Origin: an uncultured Bacteroidales bacterium
GTDB lineage: Bacteria > Bacteroidota > Bacteroidia > Bacteroidales > CAIXZF01
Length of the DNA stretch: 64,000 bases
Assembly (NCBI GenBank): GCA_903923925.1
Contig: CAIXZF010000036.1
Coordinates: forward strand, 1,093-65,092
Reading direction: 5' to 3'
Shown here: piece after piece, positions 10,135 to 17,844 of the stretch
Position numbering within the stretch: the first letter of the stretch is position 1
Layout of the letters: each line of letters begins with the position of its first letter
Notes under the pieces: model-generated
Seen by the model: the letters and a program-made list of their open reading frames with translations, nothing else
The model's database searches: none
What the model was told of the DNA's origin: nothing
Translations under genes and position numbers: made by a program

Positions 10135-10953
10135 ATGTCAGATAATTTATCCTTTCTTGCAAATACAGAAAGAAATGGCTTTTTTCTATTTGCCGGACCT
10201 TGTGTTGTTGAAAATGCAACGATGCCTTTAGAGATTGCCAAAGAAATAAAATCGATAGCCGATGAATTTTCGATTCCTTTTGTTTTTAAGGCTTCATACA
10301 GGAAAGCAAATAGAACAAAAGTAGATTCATTCACTGGTATTGGCGATGAGCGTGCTCTTGAAATTATCAGTAATGTGGGCTCAGTTTTAAATATCCCGGT
10401 TGTTACCGATATTCATAGCGAAAAAGAAGCTGTGCTGGCTGCAAAATATGTAGATATACTTCAAATTCCTGCTTTCTTGTGCCGGCAAACTGATTTATTG
10501 ATAGCAGCTGCAGAAACAGCTAAAGTGGTTAATGTAAAAAAGGGACAATTTGTTTCTGCTGCATCAATGGGGTACGCAATTGATAAAATCAGATCTGTAA
10601 ATAAGGATTGCAGAATCCTGCTGACAGAACGTGGTACCACATTTGGTTACCAGGATCTAATTGTGGATTACAGGAATATACCATTAATGAAACAATTGGG
10701 AGTCCCCGTGATTTTAGATATCACGCATTCTTTGCAACAGCCAAACCAGGCGGGTGGTGTTTCAGGCGGAAACCCTGAGATGATTGAGACAATAGCAAAA
10801 GCGGGGATAGCGACAGGCGTAAACGGGATCTTCCTGGAAACCCATCCAAATCCGGCCATCGCAAAATCCGATGGTGCCAATATGCTGCAGCTAAGCCTCC
10901 TGAGAAGCCTGCTGAGCAAATTGGTAAAAATAAGTAAATCTCTTACTGATTAA
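10135..10953 (+). CDS. kdsA: 3-deoxy-8-phosphooctulonate (KDO-8-P) synthase KdsA
   Basis: 272 aa. Has FLFAGPCV.E, FKASY.KANR(T/S), VTDIH, LQIPAFLCRQTDL and D.THS.Q motifs typical of KdsA. Confidence 0.92.
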   Translation: MSDNLSFLANTERNGFFLFAGPCVVENATMPLEIAKEIKSIADEFSIPFVFKASYRKANRTKVDSFTGIGDERALEIISNVGSVLNIPVVTDIHSEKEAVLAAKYVDILQIPAFLCRQTDLLIAAAETAKVVNVKKGQFVSAASMGYAIDKIRSVNKDCRILLTERGTTFGYQDLIVDYRNIPLMKQLGVPVILDITHSLQQPNQAGGVSGGNPEMIETIAKAGIATGVNGIFLETHPNPAIAKSDGANMLQLSLLRSLLSKLVKISKSLTD

Positions 10954-10964
10954 TATAAGCTCGG

Positions 10965-11312
10965 TTAAGCTCTTGCTGCATCAACGATAGCTTTGAAAGC
11001 TTCCGGATTGTTCATTGCAAGGTCTGCCAAAACTTTACGGTTTATCTGAATATCTTTTTCATTCAGCATTCCGATAAATTTTGAATAGGACAAACCATAT
11101 TGCCTTACTCCGGCATTGATACGCTGTATCCAGATACCACGAAAAGTTCTCTTTTTCGTTTTGCGGTCACGGTAAGCATATGACAGGCCTTTTTCGTAAG
11201 CGTTTTTCGCTACGGTCCAAACATTTTTACGTGCACCAAATTGGCCTTTAACTTGCTTAAGGACTTTTTTCCTTTTAGCTCTCGATGCAACGGCGTTTAC
11301 TGATCTTGGCAT
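10965..11312 (-). CDS. rplT: 50S ribosomal protein L20
   Basis: 115 aa. MPRSVN.VASR.(K)RKK.L...KG.....N........A......YAYRDR...KR.FR.LWI.RINA. Confidence 0.97.
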   Translation of the reverse strand: MPRSVNAVASRAKRKKVLKQVKGQFGARKNVWTVAKNAYEKGLSYAYRDRKTKKRTFRGIWIQRINAGVRQYGLSYSKFIGMLNEKDIQINRKVLADLAMNNPEAFKAIVDAARA

Positions 11313-11392
11313 TTTTTCTTTTTTTTACATTAGCGCCCCTGTTTCATACAGGGAACTTGTAGGGCTAATTGTAAGTTAAACAATAAATTCTG

Positions 11393-11587
11393 TTAAACAC
11401 AAAGCATTTCTCTCACTGCACCAACATCTGTTTTGTCAACAATTGCTGAATAGGTAAGATTCCTTTTCCGCTTTGTTGATTTTTTAGTCAGAATGTGGCT
11501 TTTGTAAGCATGCTTCCTTTTAAGCTTACCGGTGCCGGTAAATGCAAACCGCTTCTTTGCACCGGATTTCGTCTTCATTTTTGGCAT
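11393..11587 (-). CDS. rpmI: 50S ribosomal protein L35
   Basis: 64 aa. [34 protein letters not shown]. Confidence 0.95.
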   Translation of the reverse strand: MPKMKTKSGAKKRFAFTGTGKLKRKHAYKSHILTKKSTKRKRNLTYSAIVDKTDVGAVREMLCV

Positions 11588-11610
11588 TCTGTATGGTATT
11601 TAGGTCTGAA

Positions 11611-12171
11611 TTATTTTTTTGGTGATAAAATCATTATCATTCTCTTTCCTTCAAGTTTTGGCATTTGTTCAACTTTACCGTATTCTGCCACTTCCTGAGC
11701 AAATTTCAACAACTGTAATTCTCCCTGATCTTTATATACAATAGACCTACCCTTGAAAAAGACATCCACTTTTACTTTACAGTTTTCCTGTAAAAATTTT
11801 ATGGAATGTTTAAGCTTGAAATTAAAATCGTGCTCATCAGTATTCGGACCTAACCGAATTTCTTTTACAACAATTTTTGCTGTTTTAGCTTTTATTTCTT
11901 TAGCTTTCTTTTTTTGTTCATAAAGAAACTTCTTGTAATCGATCACTTTGCAGACTGGCGGATTGCCGTTAGGCTGGATTTCTACCAAGTCCAATTCGAG
12001 GCGATCTGCAATTTCAATTGCTTCCTTAATCGGGTATATCCCTTGCTCTATATTGACCCCAACTACCCTGACAACAGGAGCCTTTATGCGCTCGTTGACA
12101 TTGTATGGTTCTACTTTTTCTCTTCTGTTGAACCCCCTGGGATCCCTCGGGTTATTAACCGGTGTTGCTAT
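11611..12171 (-). CDS. infC: Translation initiation factor IF-3, with a proposed non-canonical AUA start
   Basis: The track ORF (TTG at 11994) lacks the conserved IF-3 N-domain. The same frame is open up to the stop at 12204..12202 and encodes ..YNVNERIKAPVVRVVGVNIEQGIYPIKEAIEIADRLELDLVEIQPNGNPPVCKVIDY. There is no ATG, GTG or TTG in that stretch. An ATA at 12171..12169 lies 4 nt after AAGGAGG. Confidence 0.8.
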   Translation of the reverse strand: MATPVNNPRDPRGFNRREKVEPYNVNERIKAPVVRVVGVNIEQGIYPIKEAIEIADRLELDLVEIQPNGNPPVCKVIDYKKFLYEQKKKAKEIKAKTAKIVVKEIRLGPNTDEHDFNFKLKHSIKFLQENCKVKVDVFFKGRSIVYKDQGELQLLKFAQEVAEYGKVEQMPKLEGKRMIMILSPKK

Positions 12172-12175
12172 ATTT

Positions 12176-12182
12176 CCTCCTT
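12176..12182 (-). promoter_or_regulatory. Strong Shine-Dalgarno-like element (AAGGAGG) upstream of the proposed infC AUA start
   Basis: The minus strand reads tttaaaaaAGGAGGaaatATAgcaaca. Most other genes in the window lack such an element. Confidence 0.55.
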
Positions 12183-12223
12183 TTTTAAAGTTAAACTCTA
12201 ATTATGTAAACTTGTTCGATTTC

Positions 12224-14161
12224 TTATTTCCCCATTGCTTCTTCGATCTCAGCATTAACAAGTTCTGCGAATGCATCAACAGTATAACTACCCTTATCTC
12301 CATCACCTTGTCTTCTGACAGAAACAGTATTCTCTGCTTCTTCTTTTTCTCCGACAATGAGGATATATGGGATTTTCTTTAACTCAGCGTCACGAATCTT
12401 CTTTCCAATCTTCTCATTACGCTCGTCAATCTGGGCGCGAAGATCGTAATTATTCAGCAAATTTAAAACATTTTTTGCATATTCAATGTATTTGTCGCTG
12501 ATTGGCAGCACAATGGCCTGATCTGGTGTTAACCAAAGCGGGAATTTCCCTGCACAATGTTCCAAAAGTACAGCAACAAACCGTTCCATGGAACCAAATG
12601 GTGCTCTGTGGATCATAACCGGACGATGTTTGTCATTATCACTTCCGATATATTCCAGGTCAAATCTTTCTGGTAAATTATAGTCAACCTGAATAGTTCC
12701 CAACTGCCATTTTCTTCCAATGGCATCTTTTACCATAAAGTCCAGTTTAGGGCCATAAAAGGCCGCTTCGCCCGGAACTATTACAGCATTTAGACCTTTT
12801 TCAGCTACTGCTTCGGTAATTGCTTTTTCGGCTTTGTCCCAATTTTCGTCAGTTCCGATATATTTTGTTTTATTTTCAGGATCTCTTAAGGAAATCTGTG
12901 CAATAAACTCTTTAAAATCAAGTGCTTTGAAAATTTGAAGAACGATATCAATTACTCCAATAAATTCATTCTTTACCTGATCTGGTCTGCAGAAAATATG
13001 GGCATCATCCTGAGTAAATCCTCTTACCCTGGTCAAACCATGTAGCTCGCCACTTTGCTCATAACGATAAACGGTTCCGAATTCAGCAAGCCTGATAGGA
13101 AGATCTTTATATGAATGAGGTTTGTGTCTGTAAATTTCGCAATGATGAGGGCAATTCATTGGTTTTAAAAAGAACTCTTCTCCATCAACTGGTGTTGTTA
13201 TCGGACGGAAAGAATCCTTACCATATTTTTCGTAATGACCGCTTGTTACATATAAGTCTTTCATCCCGATATGCGGGGTAATAACCTGAACGTAACCGGC
13301 TTTTTTCTGTACTTTCTTTAAATACGCTTCAAGTTTTTCGCGCAAAGCTGCACCTTTTGGCAACCATAAAGGTAAGCCCTGGCCAACACGCTGTGAAAAC
13401 GTAAATAGTTCCAGCTCTTTTCCAAGTTTCCTGTGATCGCGTTTCTTTGCTTCCTCGAGTAATAAAAGATAATCAGTAAGTAATTGTTGTTTTGGGAAGG
13501 AAATCCCATATAACCTGGTAAGTTGTTTGCGTTTTTCGTCACCTCTCCAATAGGCTCCAGCAACACTCATAACTTTAAACGCTTTGATAAAGCTTGTATC
13601 CGGAATATGAGGGCCACGGCATAAATCGGTAAATTGCCCCGATTCATAAAAAGTAATTGTTCCGTCCTGAAGATCCTGGATCAACTCCAGTTTATATTCA
13701 TCACCTTTTTCAGTAAAATAACTTACAGCTTCAGCTTTGGATACTTCTTTCCGGATAAAGCTTTGTTTTTCCCTGGCAAATTGGAGGAATTTCTCCTCAA
13801 TAGCCTTGAAATCACCTTCTGTAATAACCTTGTCACCCAGATCTATATCGTAATAAAATCCATTTTCAATGTCGGGGCCAATGCCAAATTTCGAGCCGGG
13901 ATAAAGCGCTTCAACAGCCTCTGCCATTAAATGTGCACTGGAGTGCCACATTGAAGCCTTGCCATCTTCGCTGTCCCATGTGAGTAATTGCACATGTGAA
14001 TCGTTCATTATCGGTCGGGTTGCATCCCAAACCTCATCGTTCACTTTAGCTGAAAGTACATTTCTGGCTAATCCTTCGCTGATGCTCTTTGCAATTTCCA
14101 GGCCAGTAACACCAGCTTCGTAAGTTCTTACAGAGTTATCAGGTAATGTTATGTTAATCAT
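12224..14161 (-). CDS. thrS: Threonine--tRNA ligase
   Basis: Has the TGS-domain N-terminus [16 protein letters not shown]...IA..IS.GLA, then [11 protein letters not shown] and class-II aaRS motifs. The start was moved to the ATG at 14161, because the longer track start at 14188 falls inside the predicted -7 box. Confidence 0.95.
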   Translation of the reverse strand: MINITLPDNSVRTYEAGVTGLEIAKSISEGLARNVLSAKVNDEVWDATRPIMNDSHVQLLTWDSEDGKASMWHSSAHLMAEAVEALYPGSKFGIGPDIENGFYYDIDLGDKVITEGDFKAIEEKFLQFAREKQSFIRKEVSKAEAVSYFTEKGDEYKLELIQDLQDGTITFYESGQFTDLCRGPHIPDTSFIKAFKVMSVAGAYWRGDEKRKQLTRLYGISFPKQQLLTDYLLLLEEAKKRDHRKLGKELELFTFSQRVGQGLPLWLPKGAALREKLEAYLKKVQKKAGYVQVITPHIGMKDLYVTSGHYEKYGKDSFRPITTPVDGEEFFLKPMNCPHHCEIYRHKPHSYKDLPIRLAEFGTVYRYEQSGELHGLTRVRGFTQDDAHIFCRPDQVKNEFIGVIDIVLQIFKALDFKEFIAQISLRDPENKTKYIGTDENWDKAEKAITEAVAEKGLNAVIVPGEAAFYGPKLDFMVKDAIGRKWQLGTIQVDYNLPERFDLEYIGSDNDKHRPVMIHRAPFGSMERFVAVLLEHCAGKFPLWLTPDQAIVLPISDKYIEYAKNVLNLLNNYDLRAQIDERNEKIGKKIRDAELKKIPYILIVGEKEEAENTVSVRRQGDGDKGSYTVDAFAELVNAEIEEAMGK

Positions 14162-14185
14162 ATTAGTATCCTTAAAAAATGGGTG

Positions 14186-14193
14186 CAAAGATA
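14186..14193 (-). promoter_or_regulatory. Putative -7 box (TATCTTTG) for the thrS operon
   Basis: Exact TAnnTTTG match on the minus strand, 25 nt upstream of the thrS ATG at 14161. Confidence 0.4.
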
Positions 14194-14243
14194 GTCATTT
14201 TATCATTTCATCCGGCAAAACCAGCAATTGCTTATATTAATAG

Positions 14244-15755
14244 TTACAATGTTGCTGCTGCCATCCGCCGCGATCGTATTCTTCTGTTTAACTGTGTTCT
14301 GTATATTCCAAAACCAATAGCCATTAAAATAGGAAGCATAAAATTGAACCATTTCAGAATTACTTTTTTACTATCGTCAATCTGTATTAATGGGCGGGAA
14401 GTAACTTCCTTTGTTCTTAATTCCATTAATCCGCTTTGATCAGTTAGCCAATCCACGCTGTTAACTATAAAATTGACATTGTCGGGCTGAACCTCCTGTG
14501 CGTTTTGTCCACTGCCGTTTTCTGCAAAATCACCATCCGAAACAATAATGATTTTCCAAATTTTTCCATTTTTACTTTTTCCCTGCAAAAGTGCAGATAT
14601 TGTTCTGCTACCGCTTGTGAAATCACTTTCCTGCCATTGTTTATTGATGTCGAACTGTACAGGAAGTTTACTGATTCCTGATTTTTCTGAGCTTTTTGCC
14701 AGTTCTTCAAATTGATTGGTGGCAGTGGCTCTGAATGTAATCGGACTAGCGAATTTTAAAACGACTGACTCTAATCCGGCAGTTGCCGGATGTTTTCCAA
14801 AGGTGCTTATCAATGGGAAGTAGGGGAAAGGTACCTGGGTTGTGTAAGAAAAACCACCTTGTTGCTGATTCACTCCCACGTTGGCGCAGGAAGCATCAAC
14901 AATAAACTCTGGTTCAACAGTAACTCCTTTCCTGGCGAGCCAGGTTTCCAATCCTGTATTTACACTATTTCCCTGCATTTGTTCAAAGTTACCGTCCACC
15001 CGGTTAATTGCAATAAAAAGGTTTCCCCCATTGTCAAGGAAATTGTCGAGAGCTTCAAGCTTAGGTTTAGAAAAACTATCTCTGGGTGCTGCAATTATAA
15101 TGGTAGGGTATTTTAATAGATCATTTGATGAGTCATTAACCCTTAGCTGTTCCAGATCATATATTGGTGAGATTACTTCCACAAATTGAGGGAAAGCGCT
15201 AATTTCCGGTTCCCCTTCGCCTTGAAGGAATCCAATTTTTGCTTTAGTTGTCGCTGATACTTTTTTTATACTGGTAGAAAGTGCGTATTCCATGGCAGCA
15301 CCTGGTTTCAGAAACGGAATAACATCCGTATTATCCCCCATTTTGACAATAGCTCCCAGGTAAACTTTTTGTTGTTTTACCTGGTCTTTTGCTCTCACGT
15401 TAACAAGCAGTGGTTGAATTCCATTGCGTTGAGCTACTTCTTCATCTACCGGTTTGTCGGAAGGATCAATAAATTCGAAAACAACCTTCCCTTTCGATCG
15501 CTGGTAATATTCGACCAGCATATCTTTAAAGTCGTTGCGGACATTAGCAATATCCGGAGGAAGGTCCTTGGTGAAGTAGGCCGTAATCGTTATGGTTTTC
15601 GGTAAGTCGTTAAGGATATCTTTCGTTGCTTTGCTCAGGGTATATATCTTGTCGGCAGTGAAATCTGCACGAATAAAAAATCTGTCGGATAGAAAATTAA
15701 TCAGGATTAGTGCAACAATCGCCAGTACTATCCCAGGTTTAAATTTCTTTATCAT
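14244..15755 (-). CDS. gldG: GldG-like auxiliary component of a gliding-motility-type ABC transporter
   Basis: 503 aa. Has an N-terminal TM helix followed by ....R.DFT.DK.YTLS..T..IL..L...I.I..YF....P........F.D.L.EY, as remembered for GldG, and a C-terminal TM helix. It sits immediately downstream of an ABC-2 permease and an ATPase. Confidence 0.65.
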   Translation of the reverse strand: MIKKFKPGIVLAIVALILINFLSDRFFIRADFTADKIYTLSKATKDILNDLPKTITITAYFTKDLPPDIANVRNDFKDMLVEYYQRSKGKVVFEFIDPSDKPVDEEVAQRNGIQPLLVNVRAKDQVKQQKVYLGAIVKMGDNTDVIPFLKPGAAMEYALSTSIKKVSATTKAKIGFLQGEGEPEISAFPQFVEVISPIYDLEQLRVNDSSNDLLKYPTIIIAAPRDSFSKPKLEALDNFLDNGGNLFIAINRVDGNFEQMQGNSVNTGLETWLARKGVTVEPEFIVDASCANVGVNQQQGGFSYTTQVPFPYFPLISTFGKHPATAGLESVVLKFASPITFRATATNQFEELAKSSEKSGISKLPVQFDINKQWQESDFTSGSRTISALLQGKSKNGKIWKIIIVSDGDFAENGSGQNAQEVQPDNVNFIVNSVDWLTDQSGLMELRTKEVTSRPLIQIDDSKKVILKWFNFMLPILMAIGFGIYRTQLNRRIRSRRMAAATL

Positions 15756-15782
15756 AATAATTATATTTAATGGTAGATATGA

Positions 15783-16493
15783 TTAGTATTTTAATTGCTT
15801 TTGACTCATGAATAAACCAAGCCAGATAAATGAGAGGAAATAAATTATATCTTTACTGTCGATAACACCTCTTGCCATTGATTGGAAATGCGATGCAACA
15901 CTAAGGTAGCTAAGGATATGACCTAATAATCCAGAGGAGCCGCCTGCAAGAGCTTCAAAAATAAAGTGGAAGAAAATGCCGATTAAAAGCGTAAGTAAAA
16001 ACCCAATGATTTGGTTGTTGCTTATGCTGCTTGCAAAAATTCCGATGCTGATATAAAAAGCACTAAGCATTAACAACGCCAGATATCCGCACCATACAGA
16101 GCCATGATCAATATGGCCAAGGCTGGAAACAGAGAAATAGTAGGGCAAGGTAAGTAGCAAGGCAAACGCAATTACAGCAAGAACAGAAAAGAACTTTCCC
16201 AGCACAATTTCCCAGTTTGTAACCGGCATTGTGAGTAAAATTTCGAGTGTGCCGGTTTTCTTCTCCTCAGCAAGCATGCGCATTGTGAGTGCAGGAATGA
16301 AAAAGAAGAGGGTCCAGAAGGCAATAGCAAAAAATGTTGTCAGGCTTGCCTGTCCGACAAAGAAAATATCGGAGCCGAAAAGCCAGGTAAAAAAGCCGCT
16401 GAATCCAAGGAAGGCAAGCAGCATGATATATGCCATCAGTGAATCAAAAAACACTTTTAACTCTCTAACAGTAATGATTAATATTTTATTCAT
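15783..16493 (-). CDS. gldF: ABC-2 type transporter permease, GldF-like
   Basis: 236 aa with about 6 TM helices and an AEEKK.GTLE.LLT.P motif typical of the ABC-2/GldF family. Confidence 0.65.
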   Translation of the reverse strand: MNKILIITVRELKVFFDSLMAYIMLLAFLGFSGFFTWLFGSDIFFVGQASLTTFFAIAFWTLFFFIPALTMRMLAEEKKTGTLEILLTMPVTNWEIVLGKFFSVLAVIAFALLLTLPYYFSVSSLGHIDHGSVWCGYLALLMLSAFYISIGIFASSISNNQIIGFLLTLLIGIFFHFIFEALAGGSSGLLGHILSYLSVASHFQSMARGVIDSKDIIYFLSFIWLGLFMSQKQLKY

Positions 16494-16525
16494 TCGTTTT
16501 ATTATTATGTTTTCAATTTGAATAT

Positions 16526-17455
16526 TTAGCTGATTGTCAATTCTCTGAATACATCCTCCAATTTGGCTTCAGTAACTTTCATTTCTGTGAGGACCCATCC
16601 CCTGGAAATACAAAGATTAAATACATTTCTCCTGGACGATAATTCCGGCAGACTTTGTATTTCAAAGGCATTTTCTTTATGATCAATAAAATCGACAAGG
16701 CCAACTGTTTCAAGGGATTTTAGTGCTTCGAATATTGTGTTTTTGTCACCGTCTTCAATAGTAACATTAATAATTTCGTTGCCCTTTGATTTTTTTCGCA
16801 ATTCGTCTGCTGTACCGTCTGCCACAATTTTCCCTTTATTGATAATAAGGATTCTATCGCAGGTGGCTTCTACCTCAGCTAGAATATGTGAGCTAAGAAT
16901 AACAGTTTTTTTCTTACCGATTCTCCTTATCAAATCTCTAATTTCGATGATTTGGTTTGGGTCCAGACCGCTTGTTGGTTCGTCGAGAATAAGAACTGCC
17001 GGATCATGGATTAGAGCCTGAGCAAGGCCAACACGTTGTTTATAGCCTTTAGAAAGTTCGCTGATTTTTTTATGCTTTTCGCCTTCCAAACCACATATGC
17101 TAATCATGTGTATGATTCGTTCATTTATTTTGTCTTTCGGCAATTCATGCATTGCTCCTGCAAAATAGAGGTAGTCGACCACAGGCATTTCATTGTATAG
17201 CGGATTGTTCTCTGGCAGATAACCGATATTCTTTCTAATTTCCTGGGGTTGTGTGTGAATAGAAAAATCGCCCACTTTGATTTCTCCGCCGCTAGGTTCG
17301 AGAAATGTAGTTATCGCCTTCATTGTAGTAGTTTTTCCTGCTCCGTTTGGTCCAAGGAAACCGAGAATTTCGCCGGTTCTGACTTCAAAAGAGATGTCAT
17401 CAACTGCAGGTTGGGTTCCGTAAATTTTTGTTAAATGTTCTACCAGAATATTCAT
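16526..17455 (-). CDS. gldA: ABC transporter ATP-binding protein, GldA-like
   Basis: Has Walker A GPNGAGKTT, the signature LSKGYKQR and Walker B VLILDEPTSGLD. The start was moved to the ATG at 17455 (MNILVEHLTKIYG). Confidence 0.7.
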   Translation of the reverse strand: MNILVEHLTKIYGTQPAVDDISFEVRTGEILGFLGPNGAGKTTTMKAITTFLEPSGGEIKVGDFSIHTQPQEIRKNIGYLPENNPLYNEMPVVDYLYFAGAMHELPKDKINERIIHMISICGLEGEKHKKISELSKGYKQRVGLAQALIHDPAVLILDEPTSGLDPNQIIEIRDLIRRIGKKKTVILSSHILAEVEATCDRILIINKGKIVADGTADELRKKSKGNEIINVTIEDGDKNTIFEALKSLETVGLVDFIDHKENAFEIQSLPELSSRRNVFNLCISRGWVLTEMKVTEAKLEDVFRELTIS

Positions 17456-17784
17456 AAATCTCAATTTTATACAAAGAAAAAGAATTCGTGTGGATTGAAT
17501 CAAATCACATTTTTATTTTAACACTTTTTAACCTGCTGAACAGTATCCATAGCATTTACTTTGACATGAAGAATGTATAGGAGGTACAAAGAATGCTAAG
17601 AACAATAAAAAGATATTTTTTTTAATCTTTTTCAAATTATCAAATACCTCTATAATTGCTCTAAAAATGAGGACAACATAATTAATTTTCAATATATAAT
17701 ATAATATTCTGAAAATCAAATAAATAAAAGTCTAAAAAAAGTGTTAACAGCGAGTATCAAAAGCGTATTTCTACTGTATATTTA

Positions 17785-17816
17785 CGAAATCAAAAATTAC
17801 TAAATTTTTGATTTCG
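17785..17816. promoter_or_regulatory. Perfect 14-bp inverted repeat with a 4-nt centre in the leader of the giant adhesin gene
   Basis: cgaaatcaaaaatt-acta-aatttttgatttcg. It lies directly after a near-consensus -7 box (TATATTTA, 17777-17784) and 29 nt before the ATG at 17845. Confidence 0.5.
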
Positions 17817-17844
17817 ACGTAAAATAATCCTAAATTATTCAATT

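Noticed and set aside
11914-12382. Plus-strand ORFs 11914-12201 and 11948-12382
   Set aside because: They are antisense to the extended infC frame and the thrS 3' end. The infC N-domain encoded on the minus strand explains the open frames.
14162-14188. Longer thrS start ([10 protein letters not shown]...), and similarly the longer gldA start at 17503 and mnmE start at 39468
   Set aside because: The extensions precede the conserved N-termini (MINITLPD.., MNILVEHL.., MENILYKL..). For thrS, the extension also overlaps the predicted -7 box. The internal ATGs were preferred.
17528-17719. 63-aa ORF (minus strand) in the gldA/giant-gene intergenic region
   Set aside because: It is an Ile/Leu/Phe/Lys/Asn-rich translation of very AT-rich DNA, with no start context or motif. 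It is probably non-coding promoter DNA.
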